This document shows, piece after piece, positions 15,491 through 27,660 of a stretch of DNA of 64,000 nucleotides. A program made the translations under genes and the position numbers. Source of the stretch: Hormiphora californensis (lineage: Eukaryota; Animalia; Ctenophora); assembly GCA_020137815.1 (NCBI GenBank), contig CM035356.1:5208001-5272000 (forward strand). Direction: 5' to 3'. The notes below the pieces were generated by a model. That model made no database searches, had not been told where the DNA came from, and was given only the letters and a program-made list of their open reading frames with translations. The stretch's first letter is position 1, and each line of letters opens with the position of its first letter.

Positions 15491-18400
15491 TCACATTCCG
15501 TTATACACAGGTCCGCCTCCTCCCTCAGGCACCACCCAGTTGATATTCTGCGATGGGCACTTTATATCACATGTCTTGCAGTGAACACAATTCTGGGCGT
15601 TGATTTGGAGTCTACTGGTCCCATCGTCATCCTCCACAGGGACATACTCGTACACACCAGCAGGACAGAACCTGGGGGGATGTTGGGATTAGCTGGGGGT
15701 GGGGGAGGGGATGTTGGGTTAGGGGAATTAGGGGTGGTGAATAAGGGATAGGGATAACATGAGGACCAGCGCCTCCATCAAATTGGAATAAGGAAACTGC
15801 AGTTATGGGGTTTGAGATGGCAGATTTAATCGCCAACCCTGTCTATATAGTCACATAATCCCTAATTTTCAAATAGTTCTCTCAGGAGAGAACCCCTCCC
15901 TTCGCCCTAGCTGCTCAAAATATAACTTCCCTAGCAGGGCGAGCTAATATATGATCGAGGTATATAATGAATGTCTGCTATATGGGTGAAGAGCTGTCAA
16001 ATGTTTTTGCTATCTTCCCAGACGCTGTCAACCCCATAATGAGGGCTCTATTAAAACTAAACTTTTTTGGTAGAGACTCCCTACTAGGAATCAACCGACA
16101 TCTCGATTCTAGGAGAGAGCTGTCACCCTTCACTCGACCACTCTCCCAAGACTATTGAACTATCTTGTCAATTTCAAACAGCACCCTCTCGCCCCACCAC
16201 CCATGATACTGCCACACCCCTGTAACCACCACTCACAAATGTATCCTAGTCAGCGAACCCTGGTAACCATGGTTTCTATGGTACCCTAACAACATGAATT
16301 ATGGTTACCATGGTGGTTACCATGGTTACCCAGGTGGTTACCATGGTGGTTACCATTACCTTTGTTCTGGCCCATCGAAGGTGCCCAAGTTCCTCTCAAC
16401 AGGCACATTGTCGTCCTTCAGAGTAAGATGAGGTGGTTGGTCTCCCTCATGGTTCGTACCGGACAGGGCCACAGAACTCAGCAGATCAAAACTCAACTTT
16501 CCATCTGGGTGTGGAGGGGGTGAGAAAGTGTTAGGGGTACGAAGGAGACTTGTGATACGAGTTCATTTCAAAAATTACAAAGGTTCACAACTGGTATTTC
16601 AAAGATATCTTTGAGCAGTGGTTATCCAGTAGCTCTGATGAAATAGTTGATTACAGACCGGTTAGATCTGTCTGAGGAGCTTACAACTATCTGATCAAGT
16701 AGGGAGTGGTAACCTGGTTTGGGGTATTCTATAGGATAGGCATCCTGTTACCTGGTTTGGGGTATTCTATAGGTTTAGCATCCTTTGCTGCCACGAGTTG
16801 GTCACTATCTCGGCCATGGTGGGGTAGTGTCCAGGGCTCCCTTCCTCCTAGGATCACATAAAACAGCCCCGTATAGGCCATACCTGATGGGGGTGTTTAT
16901 AATTTACGACAAAGGACGCCAGTTATTATTTAGACTATATATTACGGTGATACAATGAATGAAGGGGGAAGTCCTCTGCTTCTCTTTCTTTCAGTCCAAT
17001 CAGTTCCAACTCTGACTGGTTGAGTCTCCCACCCCTTACTCAACAAACACTGACTACGATTAAATAAGATCGAGAACATTCAAAGTTCTTAGGAATAATT
17101 CTTCAGCATAATTCTAATTTGACACTTTCTTGCCCTAACTCCACCCCGTGAAGTGACAAGATGGAGAGAGAGAGAGATAGAGAGAGATAGCTCGAAGGGA
17201 GGGGGTTATAATTTAACCACTTCCCCGAAGTGACAGATTCGGAGAGGTTGGTAATGAAAAACCACCTAACTTTGAGTTGGTTTTGGTAATATTAAATCAA
17301 AACCACATAACTTTGAAGCTTCATTTCAGAGAGAGATAGAGAGATAGAATAGAGATAGAGATAGAGAGAGGGAGAGATAGAGAGCTGAGAGAGAGAGAAA
17401 GAGAGAGTGAGAGATATATAGAGTAGACTTGCTAAACTGATTCGCGTGACACAGATTGGGCTAAACTCGACGAAATAACCATCCACGATTGTCAGCTCTG
17501 AATTATGAATTTGTCCAACCATCATGATAATTCGTACTTTTGACTCAGAGAATGTAATCATAATCATCATAATATAATGGAAGATACAAACGCTGAACAT
17601 TTTTAACTAATTATCATTATCAGCAATTGATTATTCCCAAATTACACCTACCTCCCCACAGCCCAAGAGGAGTACAGAAGGAGGGACGAACGTTCCTGCA
17701 CGCGTAGAGCTCCTTATACACCTCACTCTTCTTCATCATATCTCGATAACTCGTTAACGTCTCCCCTAAACAGGGCAGAGGGAGTCAGAGAGGGAGATAT
17801 CAATATAGTGCTTCTAGGGTGTTGTTTCTCTTAGATCGAATTTAGGGGGCTGTGGGATAAATAAATAAAGGGGTTGATGGGGAGGTATAAATTCCTGGGT
17901 ATCAATTCCCGGTTTATAGGGAGGTATAATATGGTTTGATGAAGGAGTAATATCTTATGTGGTCCATGTACCTTTATCCATGGTGAGACTCCCACTGGTA
18001 ATACCCTCGAATGTCGTATCAGCAGCAATTATACCAGACCTCATAGCGTTATGGGTTCCCTTTATCTTGGGCACGTTTAGGAAACCCGGACTACAACCAA
18101 TCATAACACCACCTGCAGGGGATTGAAGTAGGAGAGAATTAGTTCTCATTCCTGGGAAGGGGGCGAGATATGAGTCTTATTCCTGGAAATTTGAAGATCG
18201 CCATATTATGTTATGGAGTTATAATGGGGAGATAGTATTGGATGAGCTGAGGTAGTTTACCTCCAGATTATTGGAACAGAGGGACAGAGCATCATGGGAG
18301 CATCGAGTTAATTAAAATAGAGGGGCAGAGCATATTTGATAATTATTGGAGGTAAACTATCCACGAGAGTAGTTACGTTTCAACTTGGCGTTAGAAGAGA

Positions 18401-20702
18401 GGGACAGCGCCGATTGGCATGTGACTGCTTCTTTGCCAAACTGCCAAACTATCAATATTACAGACTAGAAAACCATAAGCACCATTCCACCGATTGATTA
18501 AATTCGATAGACACATGAGTTAATTATCTTGGTGCCGTGACGCACAGCATGCATTCAGATTAGTTAGCTGATTTTAAACCAGTACCAAGTTGTGTCTCAA
18601 AGAAATTCTTTGAAAGATCCTCTAGCTACTGATTAAACTACCTTACTATCGTATATATGTTTCAAGAAAATTTTAAATAAGAAACGGTTTTTTTCTAAGA
18701 AACCACAAGAGCAAGCATTCCAAAAACTAAGAAACTTTCTTTCTCTCAACTGAACAAGTGGGGGTATTTCCGAGTTGTGTGATTTACATTTCTATTGTGA
18801 CAAGTGAAACAAGGTTTTACAAAACCTTGTTTCACTTGTCACAATAGTTCAGCTCTCCGCATCCCCGGATCGAGCACTCTACCAGGATACAAACTTCTAA
18901 ATCTAACTAGTGATTTACATTTCAAAAGTTTTAGTAATGTGTACCTGGGAAAGCGATTTCAGGGAGTGACTGGTAACCTCCCTCATTAAGGGCCCTAGCA
19001 CCGTACATCAACCTCTCACCACCATCCAAGTGTTGTGCTATCTTGGGATGAGTCTTCCACCTCTAGAGGGGGGAGGTGGGGGATGAGTCTTCCATCTCTA
19101 GAGGGGGGTAATGGGGGATGAGTCTTCCACCTCTAGAGGGGGGTAATGGGGGATGAGTCTTCCACCTCTAGAGGGGGGGGGGGGTAATGGGGGTAAAGTC
19201 TGAATCTGAAGAGGAAGGTAGTGCTAGGGTGACACGGGGGGGGGGGTATTGTTAAACTAGGATAGTCCGAGGTGGTGGTGGTGACACGGGGGTGGAATTA
19301 TGGTTTAACTAGGCACTGCACCCTATTTTAACCACCATCTAGCACATTTTTTTTCGTGTCTTCTCCGTATTAACATTTGTCACTCCCTGTACACACATGT
19401 ATTCTGGCCATGTATGTGCCATGGTTTGACAGATGTTAAACTTCACGGCCATTTGTTTGACCCCGGTGTCAAGGTCCGGTATACTGCAAGTACAGACACC
19501 CAATCACTGGTACTCTACCTAATCATCTGGTAGTTGCAGTATAAAATCAAACAAACTTTTTGGCATAGCGTTTGACGGCACAACCTTAATGCTCTCTCGG
19601 GTTATTCAAGGTGATGATTAAATATTCTACATGATTCAACGCTAGAAATGGCAGAGGAAATCATAGGGAAAGATTTGAAATTACATCATCTCTGAAATTT
19701 CGGGGATTTGATGGCTGGCATTCATTTAACCGAATACCCCCCTCCGATTATATTCATTCTAAGTATGCTGGAAACCACTTGACACCTATTATATCATGTG
19801 ACTGATTATATATAATCGGAGGAGGGTAATTAGTCGAATTTCATTAAATTCCTACTATTTAGAATGCATATATTCATTCTAAGTAGTAGCTGCAGGAACC
19901 GACCGAATCAGGAAATACTGGTCCCTGATTGGCTGTTAACCAGTCACGTGACCTAAATAACAAGTTCTGATTGGTCGGTTCCTGAGTAGCTGGAAAGCAC
20001 TTGACATCCATTGTGATTACCCCCTCCCATTATTACCTGCATTTCCTTGAAAGGATACAAGTACGGGTTTTTATAATCCAGCGCAGTCACAAAACCAGCA
20101 GCAACAAGAGGCCCATCGTCAATGTGGTAAAGGAATGAACCCCCGTATGTGTTCCTGTCCATTGGCCACCCTACAGTATGGAGAGCCAGGCCTGGCTGGT
20201 GTTTCTCTTCCGGTATTTCCCATAACTGGGGGAGATATTGGAATTAGAGATGCAGTTTAGGAGGGGGGGGGGGTGAATTCGTTGGAGTGATTGGAATTAG
20301 TGACAGTTCCAGAGGGGGGGGGGGTTGAATTTGTTGGAATGATTGGAATTAGAGACAGTTCCGGGGGAATTTGTCAAAACTTCAATATTTCTCAAATGGG
20401 GCAATGAACCTGTCACTAGGTATAATCTCTCGATGAACCGCTCCCTTCATTAAAATTCAAAATAATTAAGAAACTGTCACTTCAATTCAGATAACGCTAT
20501 GAAGGTGTGGGGGGGGCACTCAATTATAATAATTATAATACCTCTTTGATCCCAATCGCATACGTCATTGGTTGACAGTTCTTCCTCAGGTCAAACTGTG
20601 TCATGAGTTGCTTGGAAAGGTGACCATGGCAACCCTCTGCAAACATTGTCATCTTGGCGTGAATTTCCATACCTCGCTCGAATGTGTCCTGTAGGAGGGG
20701 GA

Positions 20703-20777
<75 letters not shown>

Positions 20778-21697
20778 CGGTGAGGGGAGAGAGGTGGTAA
20801 GAAAAGAGCAGGAGGGGCAAGGCTGGGAAACCAATAGACAGGGTCGAGCAAGGCAATAGGTGACAGAATGGATTGAAGTTAGTTAATCTATTGTCTAGTA
20901 CAATTTGACACGTTCATGTCTAGTACAACTTGACACGTTCATGTCTAGAGAAATGAATTAAACCCCAATCAAATATATTGATTGATTTCCCCCGTCGGTT
21001 AATATATTTTCTTCTTTCTCCAGTCTCTACCCTCTAGAGGCCTCTCTACCCTAGCAAGGGACAACCATTTCACCCACTATACCGGTATGGGGAAATGTAC
21101 ATTTCTAATTATTGTAGAGGATTATTATTATCTGGCCACTCTCTCCTGGCAACAAGAATGCTGCTAGATTAAACAGTTATCTGGTAGTCACAGGAAGGCC
21201 ATGTCTCGACAGTGCCTTGATACTTCCTCATTGGGAATTACCCACAGGCATCCTTGGTAGAAGTCTCGTATAATTATTGAGAAATGTCGCGTCAATAAGA
21301 GGAAGGTTGGATTAAACATCGTGGTTGGATTAAACATGGCCTGATCACAGATCAGTGATCAGGATAGTTAACCATGTTAAAAAGGTAACCAGGGTAGTTT
21401 GCAATTCGTGACTAGAGGTGCTGTATAATAATAGGACGCCGGGTGGGGCATTCAGCATTCCTAGCTGGTTGAATAATTTACTAGTTGAGATCTCGACTGC
21501 TTAGCTTTGGTATCGTTTATTTTACTAAAATTTTTACTTTCTCTCTCGCGTTATCTCTCTCTCATGTTCTAATAATCTCTCTCTCGATCTTCCTTGCTGA
21601 AGGACAGCAACATATTTGAATCGATAAGTTGACAGGTCTCTCTCTAGTCTCTTCAGTTACCATAATCAACATTTTGAAAGGTTGCTATCAAAGGAAG

Positions 21698-21746
<49 letters not shown>

Positions 21747-23453
21747 AAGAATATATAAGATAAAGGGAGGGGCACCTCTCTACCTTGGGAGATCCATCTT
21801 TAGCAATCCCAACATCATTCGTTGCCACCCCTTTCACTGAACCGTCCTCATGGAACAACACCTCACTGGCCGCATACCCAGGGTAGATTTCCACTCCTAG
21901 ATTTTCTGCCTGTTCACCTGTTGTAAAAGAGGGGGGCTGTTGATAATATCATCATGATGCCGCAGACGGTGCAACTAGCCCCTCGAGGCTCGAGTAATTG
22001 AGATGCCGATTATACTTTTTACGGGCTACGGCTGGCGTTATATGGAGGGGGAAAAGGGTAGCAGTAAATCATATAACTCCTAAACTATAGCCCTTATTTT
22101 ATAGGGGTAGCGTGCATGACTATGTTACGAAACCGCCGACTATTTGCGAAGCGAATCGAGAACAGAACTAAGAAGAAGAAAAAGATTGAGAATTGCTCAT
22201 ACTTTTTTAAGCACGGACACAGTGTCGGGCGACTCAAAACACAACAGAATTAACAAGATTAGTAAAACACAACAGCCTCGCCGCATAACAATAACTTACC
22301 CAGCCAACTAACTACATGTCCGAGTCTGACAATGTAGTTACCATGGTTACCCATGGGTAGGAATAACTCGGGGACATCAATAGACGATGTTTTGGTCAGA
22401 ATGGAGAATTCATCCTTTGTAACAGGTGTCTTAAGGGGTGCCCCCATTTCTATCGCATCTGGTGAGGGAGGGAGGAGAGGGGTTATGAGACAGTTACATT
22501 CACCCATTTAGTTTGATTCTGAACATGTATTCCTACCTGGGAATAAATCCAGTAGGGGACCAGTTTCAATAACAGCTCCAGACAATGTGTGACTACCTGG
22601 GAGAGAGAGAGAGAGGGTGTATCAATGTGATCTGTTAAATGTTATCGGCAGACTTTGACGAGGATTTCATTTTAGGCGTCCTAGGGCAGGGTATGTTCTA
22701 GAAGTTTGATAACTCGTGTTAGAATTTCGCAATCAGATAACATCTGACAATGTGCCAAAATAGAAGTGACAGTACCAGTTCTAACATGCTCTCATTTCCA
22801 AAACAACACGCTGTGTCTGACTGTGAGTTTATGAAATGCTGACAAATGTGCTTTTTACAGAACTCAGTTGCGCGTAAACTGCGCGCACACAACTGAGGTT
22901 TGGTCTCCTCTTCCCAGGCTGGCAAAGCCGGTAAATCCAGCTCCGGTAAATCCCCATCCAACCGGTCTACTATTTTATTGCTCTATCATTCTGTTTGTCT
23001 TCAACTCACCAATCTCAGCTCCTTTCTCAATAACGCACACTCTGATCTCGGCTCCCTCTCTCTCCGCGTTCTGCATCAGTCGGATAGCAGCAGCTAGACC
23101 AGCAGGTCCACCCCCAACAATAGCAACATCTACCTCGTCTACATATCTCTCCATATCAACATCTGGGGGGAAGGGTGGTTAGCAATATTTGTGGAAGTTA
23201 GCATACAGATCAAGGACATAGTGGTGTATTACACAGATGATAGAACGAGGCACTCCTTAGGAACACGGGGGATTCAGTAACTCTAAAGGCATTCTCTCTC
23301 ACCTGCCCATCTCTCATCAGTAGCCCTATCCACCACAGTGTAGTGTGTGGTAATGGATCGGGGAGCTGCAGCTGCTGCAGGTGTAGTGGATAGACACTTG
23401 TGGAGCTTCCGCTTACATAGTCGCCCAAAAATACCCAACCGTGCACTTAGCAT
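15491..23453 (-). CDS. ETFDH: Electron transfer flavoprotein-ubiquinone oxidoreductase. 13 exons: 23303-23453, 23010-23162, 22537-22596, 22300-22458, 21784-21917, 20542-20688, 20037-20225, 18945-19062, 17972-18112, 17652-17765, 16752-16883, 16360-16504, 15491-15671
   Basis: Arg-rich transit peptide [24 protein letters not shown] motif [50 protein letters not shown], and 4Fe-4S ligands FCPAGVY...[13 protein letters not shown], ending GPVYNGM-stop. All junctions are GT-AG and in phase. Confidence 0.96.
19893..19984. mobile_element. hAT MITE (92 bp) in an ETFDH intron
   Basis: CAGGAACCGACC termini; 8-bp TSD AGTAGCTG at 19885-19892 and 19985-19992. Same family as 38354-38462. Confidence 0.88.
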
Positions 23454-23637
23454 GGCTAATAAATGGAGGAATAGTTAGAATATACTTCGTTGTGACTTGT
23501 GGGTAATAGTTACATTGTGACAAAATGAGAGATAACAGAACAAGAGACTGATATAGGAGGGTTTATATTAATTAAAAACTGAATAAAGTATACAAGTTAA
23601 ATTTAATTCTTGCATAGATTTCAAATAACAAATAAAG

Positions 23638-23925
23638 TTACAAAATAAGAAGAGAATTTCTGGTGTTATGGTGATAAAATCGGCGTAGTGCTTCATTGAT
23701 ATGTATAGGTTGGAGACACTCTAAAATCGCTGATGTCTGGTGGGGAATTGTTTGTGTTAATGGACAGACAGACAGATAGATAGAGAGACAGACTAGACAT
23801 ATATACAGACAGACAGACAGAAAGAGAGACAGACAGAGAGATAGACAGAGAGACAGACAGAGAGACAGACAGAGAAACAGACTAAACATATATACAGACA
23901 TACAGACAGACATACAGACAGACAC

Positions 23926-23956
<31 letters not shown>

Positions 23957-26082
23957 TACATACATACATACATACAGACAGACAGACAGACATGAGACAG
24001 AAGACAGACAGACAGACTCTCTTACTCAGGTTCGGAGTGTGTGTGACTTGATGGCCCTTTGCCAATATCCCTGTAAATACACACAGCAAGTTCTACCAGC
24101 TGTTCTACCTGTAATTAGTGTAGTTAATTAGGAGGTCTAGTTAATTGGGAGGCTAATTAATTGGGAGGTCTAGTTAATTGGGAGGCTAATTAATTGTTAA
24201 CTTATCTAATTAATTGTATGGTGCCAGTTCTACTAGTCTAATTAATTGGAAATTGAGGGGCTAGATTTCAGAATCATACCATTTCATGAGCCAGGTACCC
24301 TATTATTAGGCTCACATCCCTTATCAAGTGAATATGAAGGAGTCAGGAGCTTGGAAAAGAATACTGGTATTCCCATACACTTTTTGGAGGCTTTCAGAAA
24401 ACTATGCTGCCAGCCTTGTGTGTACAACTCGTATTCTGTGGCTGTCATACACTGTAACAAGTTACAATTAATAGTTTGTAGAGATGGTATCTCCTTCCGG
24501 CTTGGTCAACAAAATGAAATTACGGTGTTTTATTAAATAGCGTATCTATTTGTTACAGTGTATGTATGACATTACAATTAGGCAACGTCATACACTGTAA
24601 CAAATAGAGACGCTATTACACTTTAATAATTAGGCGACGTTGTACATAGAAACATAACGTGTAGTACATTGTGTGTACGGCAGTGTTAATTATAGCAGTT
24701 AACTGCCTTTATAACAGATGTTTTAGTAACCATGGCGATTCTATCAAACTATTAAATAGTACAGAATACTATTCTTGCCAGTGCTATTCAGTGTGTTCTT
24801 ACTTTACTCATTTCATCGCCCCGACAACCCCTCTTTTTGTGCCCGGGGCACTTGCTAGTACTATTCAGTGTGTTCTTACTTTGCTCATTTCATCGCCTCG
24901 ACACACCCTCTTCCAGGAGAGAGAATCGTAACAGTCCAGAAACATCCAACTGGGCTCCCCCTCACTTTGCAGAACTTTAAATCTGTTTTCCTGAATAATA
25001 TACCGTTTAGTTGATACACAATAACTTTAAGTTTTAACTCACACACTGTCTGCGTTTCCATGGTTACTATAACTCACACACTGTCTGCGTTTCCATGGTT
25101 ACTATAACTCACACACTGTCTGCGTTTCCATAGTTACTATAACTCACACACTGTCTGCGTTTCCATGGTTACTATAACTCACACATTGTCTGCGTTTCCA
25201 TAGTTACTATAACTCATACACTGCCTGCGTTTCCATAGTTACTATAACTCACACACTGTCTGCGTTTCCATAGTTACTATAACTCACACACTGCCTGCGT
25301 TTCCATGGTTACTACAACTCACACACTGTCTGCGTTTCCATGGTTACTATAACTCACACACTGTCTGCGTTTCCATAGTTACTATAACTCACACACTGTC
25401 TGCGTTTCCATAGTTACTATAACTCACACACTGCCTGCGTTTCCATGGTTACTCACACAATGTCTGCGTTTCCATAGTTACTATAACTCACACACTGTCT
25501 GCGTTTCCATGGTTTCTCAGCTACATCCATCTCTAGTTCAGGATCGAACTCATAAGGTTCATCATCAAACAGTTTCTGTCTGTCTTTGAGGAGGTTCCTC
25601 TTGGTGAGGTAGTCGTTCAAACGGGCCAGTTTACCCCTGTTACACCTCAACTGGAACACTGTGGAAACATGGCCATATTAGGCAACATGACCTTATTAAG
25701 CAACACATAATTGATTTGAATGGAGTAGTTATACAGAATTTACAGATTACAGATAATGATTTGAGTAGCCCGCTTACCAATATCATCTGGCTGAATGGTT
25801 GTTGATTGTCTCATGTCTGCTGCAGCCATCACTCTCCCCGCCAGAACTGATAACTCGTTCGCTAGGTGTTGATCTATCAGCTCAACCGACCGTTCACAAG
25901 GCCTCAACCCATCACCTACAAAACACACAGTTGTATACTAGGGTACAATTGCAATGATACCCCCGTTCGGTCGTTTCTTTACGCTAATGTGACATTTAAT
26001 GAAACAAATCTTTACCTGACTTGGTCATGAGAGCAGTTATCTCCTTTTTAAAACTGGCATCTCGATAACTATCTTCTGACAT
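23638..26082 (-). CDS. SUPT3H: SPT3 homolog (SAGA histone-fold subunit). Exons 26016-26082, 25778-25915, 25492-25658, 24880-24990, 24280-24451, 24026-24108 and about 23638-23736; two apparent frame breaks in the 3' half
   Basis: SFKKEITALMTKSGDGLRP...TIQPDDIVFQLRCNRGKLARLNDYL (TAF13-like fold), RGDEMSKCMTATEY...SF, IIGYLAHEMVEQLVELA and LQPIHINEALRR match recalled SPT3/SUPT3H motifs. Confidence 0.8.
25036..25514. repeat. 35-bp minisatellite, about 14 copies, made of the SUPT3H exon-3 end plus its splice donor
   Basis: Unit aactcacacactgtctgcgtttccat(g/a)gttactat; the terminal copy is the real exon boundary at 25492. Confidence 0.92.
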
Positions 26083-27150
26083 TTTACTGCAAACACTGAT
26101 ATTTTAATTTACCAAATGTATTCCGCCCATATCCGACGGATACATATCAAACAATTGGCGATTTTCCGGCGAATTATCATGAATCAGAGTGGAGTGTATC
26201 GACTAAATATATGACACCAGACACACCAACAAGTAACAACTCTGGTTAAACATGTAATATAGAAGACTGAGGAAATATATAAAACATATCTATGGTGGTA
26301 GAGTGAGGCCTCGGCTCGAGGGGTAATAGCGTTCAGGGGTAATAGCGTTCAGTGGGGGCAGAGACAGCGGTGCTTTTCAAGCAAGGGGGCAGACCAAACC
26401 AATTTGAAAGAAACGCATACCGGGCCCCAAAACCGATTAGTTTCACTTTTCAGTTCACCAGCCGGGGAGAAGCTGCCGAAGAAAACGTTGAAAAATGCTG
26501 CTTTCAATATAACTAGTAAGCCCGCTCGCCCTACGGGCGAATGTCAGGGATGGTCAATGGTCATACAGTAAACTAAGCAAATAGTGTAGTATCCTTTGAA
26601 ATTTTTAAAATCAGTAAATTTATCAGGTAAATTAACCACAGCGATTCTTTCGACAGAAAAACCACGGGTCCTCTTTTGCCAGGTCCTGAAGTGTTTTATG
26701 AAGGAGCACAATTTGCAAAATACCTTTCACGTATTACTGCCAATTTCTTATTAGTGCCATTGATACTTTGTTATTACGTGTGTTGACAACTTTTTTTGAA
26801 TAATAATCACCTCTTTTGTAGGATTTCTATCGCGTAGTCTATAGGCGTCAGCGCCAGTTTGGGACATATGGCTCCTCCAAACTCGCTGGCGATTGTGTTG
26901 AAGTTGAGTAGTCATGTTCACGAAACGTGGTGAACAGGGGGTGAACAGATCAAATCGAGCAAACGATCAATCACACAACCCGGCAGAGAGATGAATCAAG
27001 GATGCACGTGCAGTTTAAGGCTCAAGCTGGCAGGTTGCCAGGATCCCTCTAGGGACATCACGTGCAAAAGGCCATTTCCAGGAATTTTGTGCCATATTTG
27101 GTAAAAATACCATCACCCATCATTTCCCTATTTGCTTTAATAATAGTATG

Positions 27151-27489
27151 ATAGTGAACCATAATATAGTTCAAGAGTGCACCCCATCCAAGAGCGCACC
27201 ACCTCCAGAAGACACCACTCCAAGAGCGCACGACATCAAAGAGAGCTCCCCATCCAGAAGATACCACGTGCAGGGGACACCACACACAAAAGAGATCACA
27301 TGCGCAAATACAACGTCGTGCTGGTCTCTTCTGCGTGTGGTGTCCCCTGCGTGTGGTATCTTCTGGATGGGGAGCTCTCTTTGATGTGGTCTCTTTTAGG
27401 TGTGGTGCGCTCTCAGGTGTGGTCTCTCTTCGATGGGGTGCGCTCTTGGGCGCTCTTGGAGGCTCTTAAACTTTATTATGGTTCACTAT
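27151..27489. mobile_element. Fold-back, MITE-like element of about 340 bp
   Basis: Termini atagtgaaccataata / tattatggttcactat and long internal inverted arms (catcaaagagagctccccatccagaagatacc and its reverse complement). Confidence 0.65.
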
Positions 27490-27660
27490 TGGCAGCACGA
27501 GATAAGGCAGCTCTTTTCAAAAGATCTTGTTGGCAAACGCGGGATAAGGCAGCGCTTTTCAAAAGATCTTGTTGCGACTCACATTTTTTTAATAAAATTT
27601 TTAAAACTTTCTTAAAACTCAGGATAAGTATCGGATAATTGTTTATGAGCCGCATGATAA

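Noticed and set aside
25036-25514. CRISPR-like appearance of the 35-bp repeats (also 38706-39130)
   Set aside because: Units are head-to-tail with no unique spacers, there are no cas genes, and the context is a eukaryotic intron.
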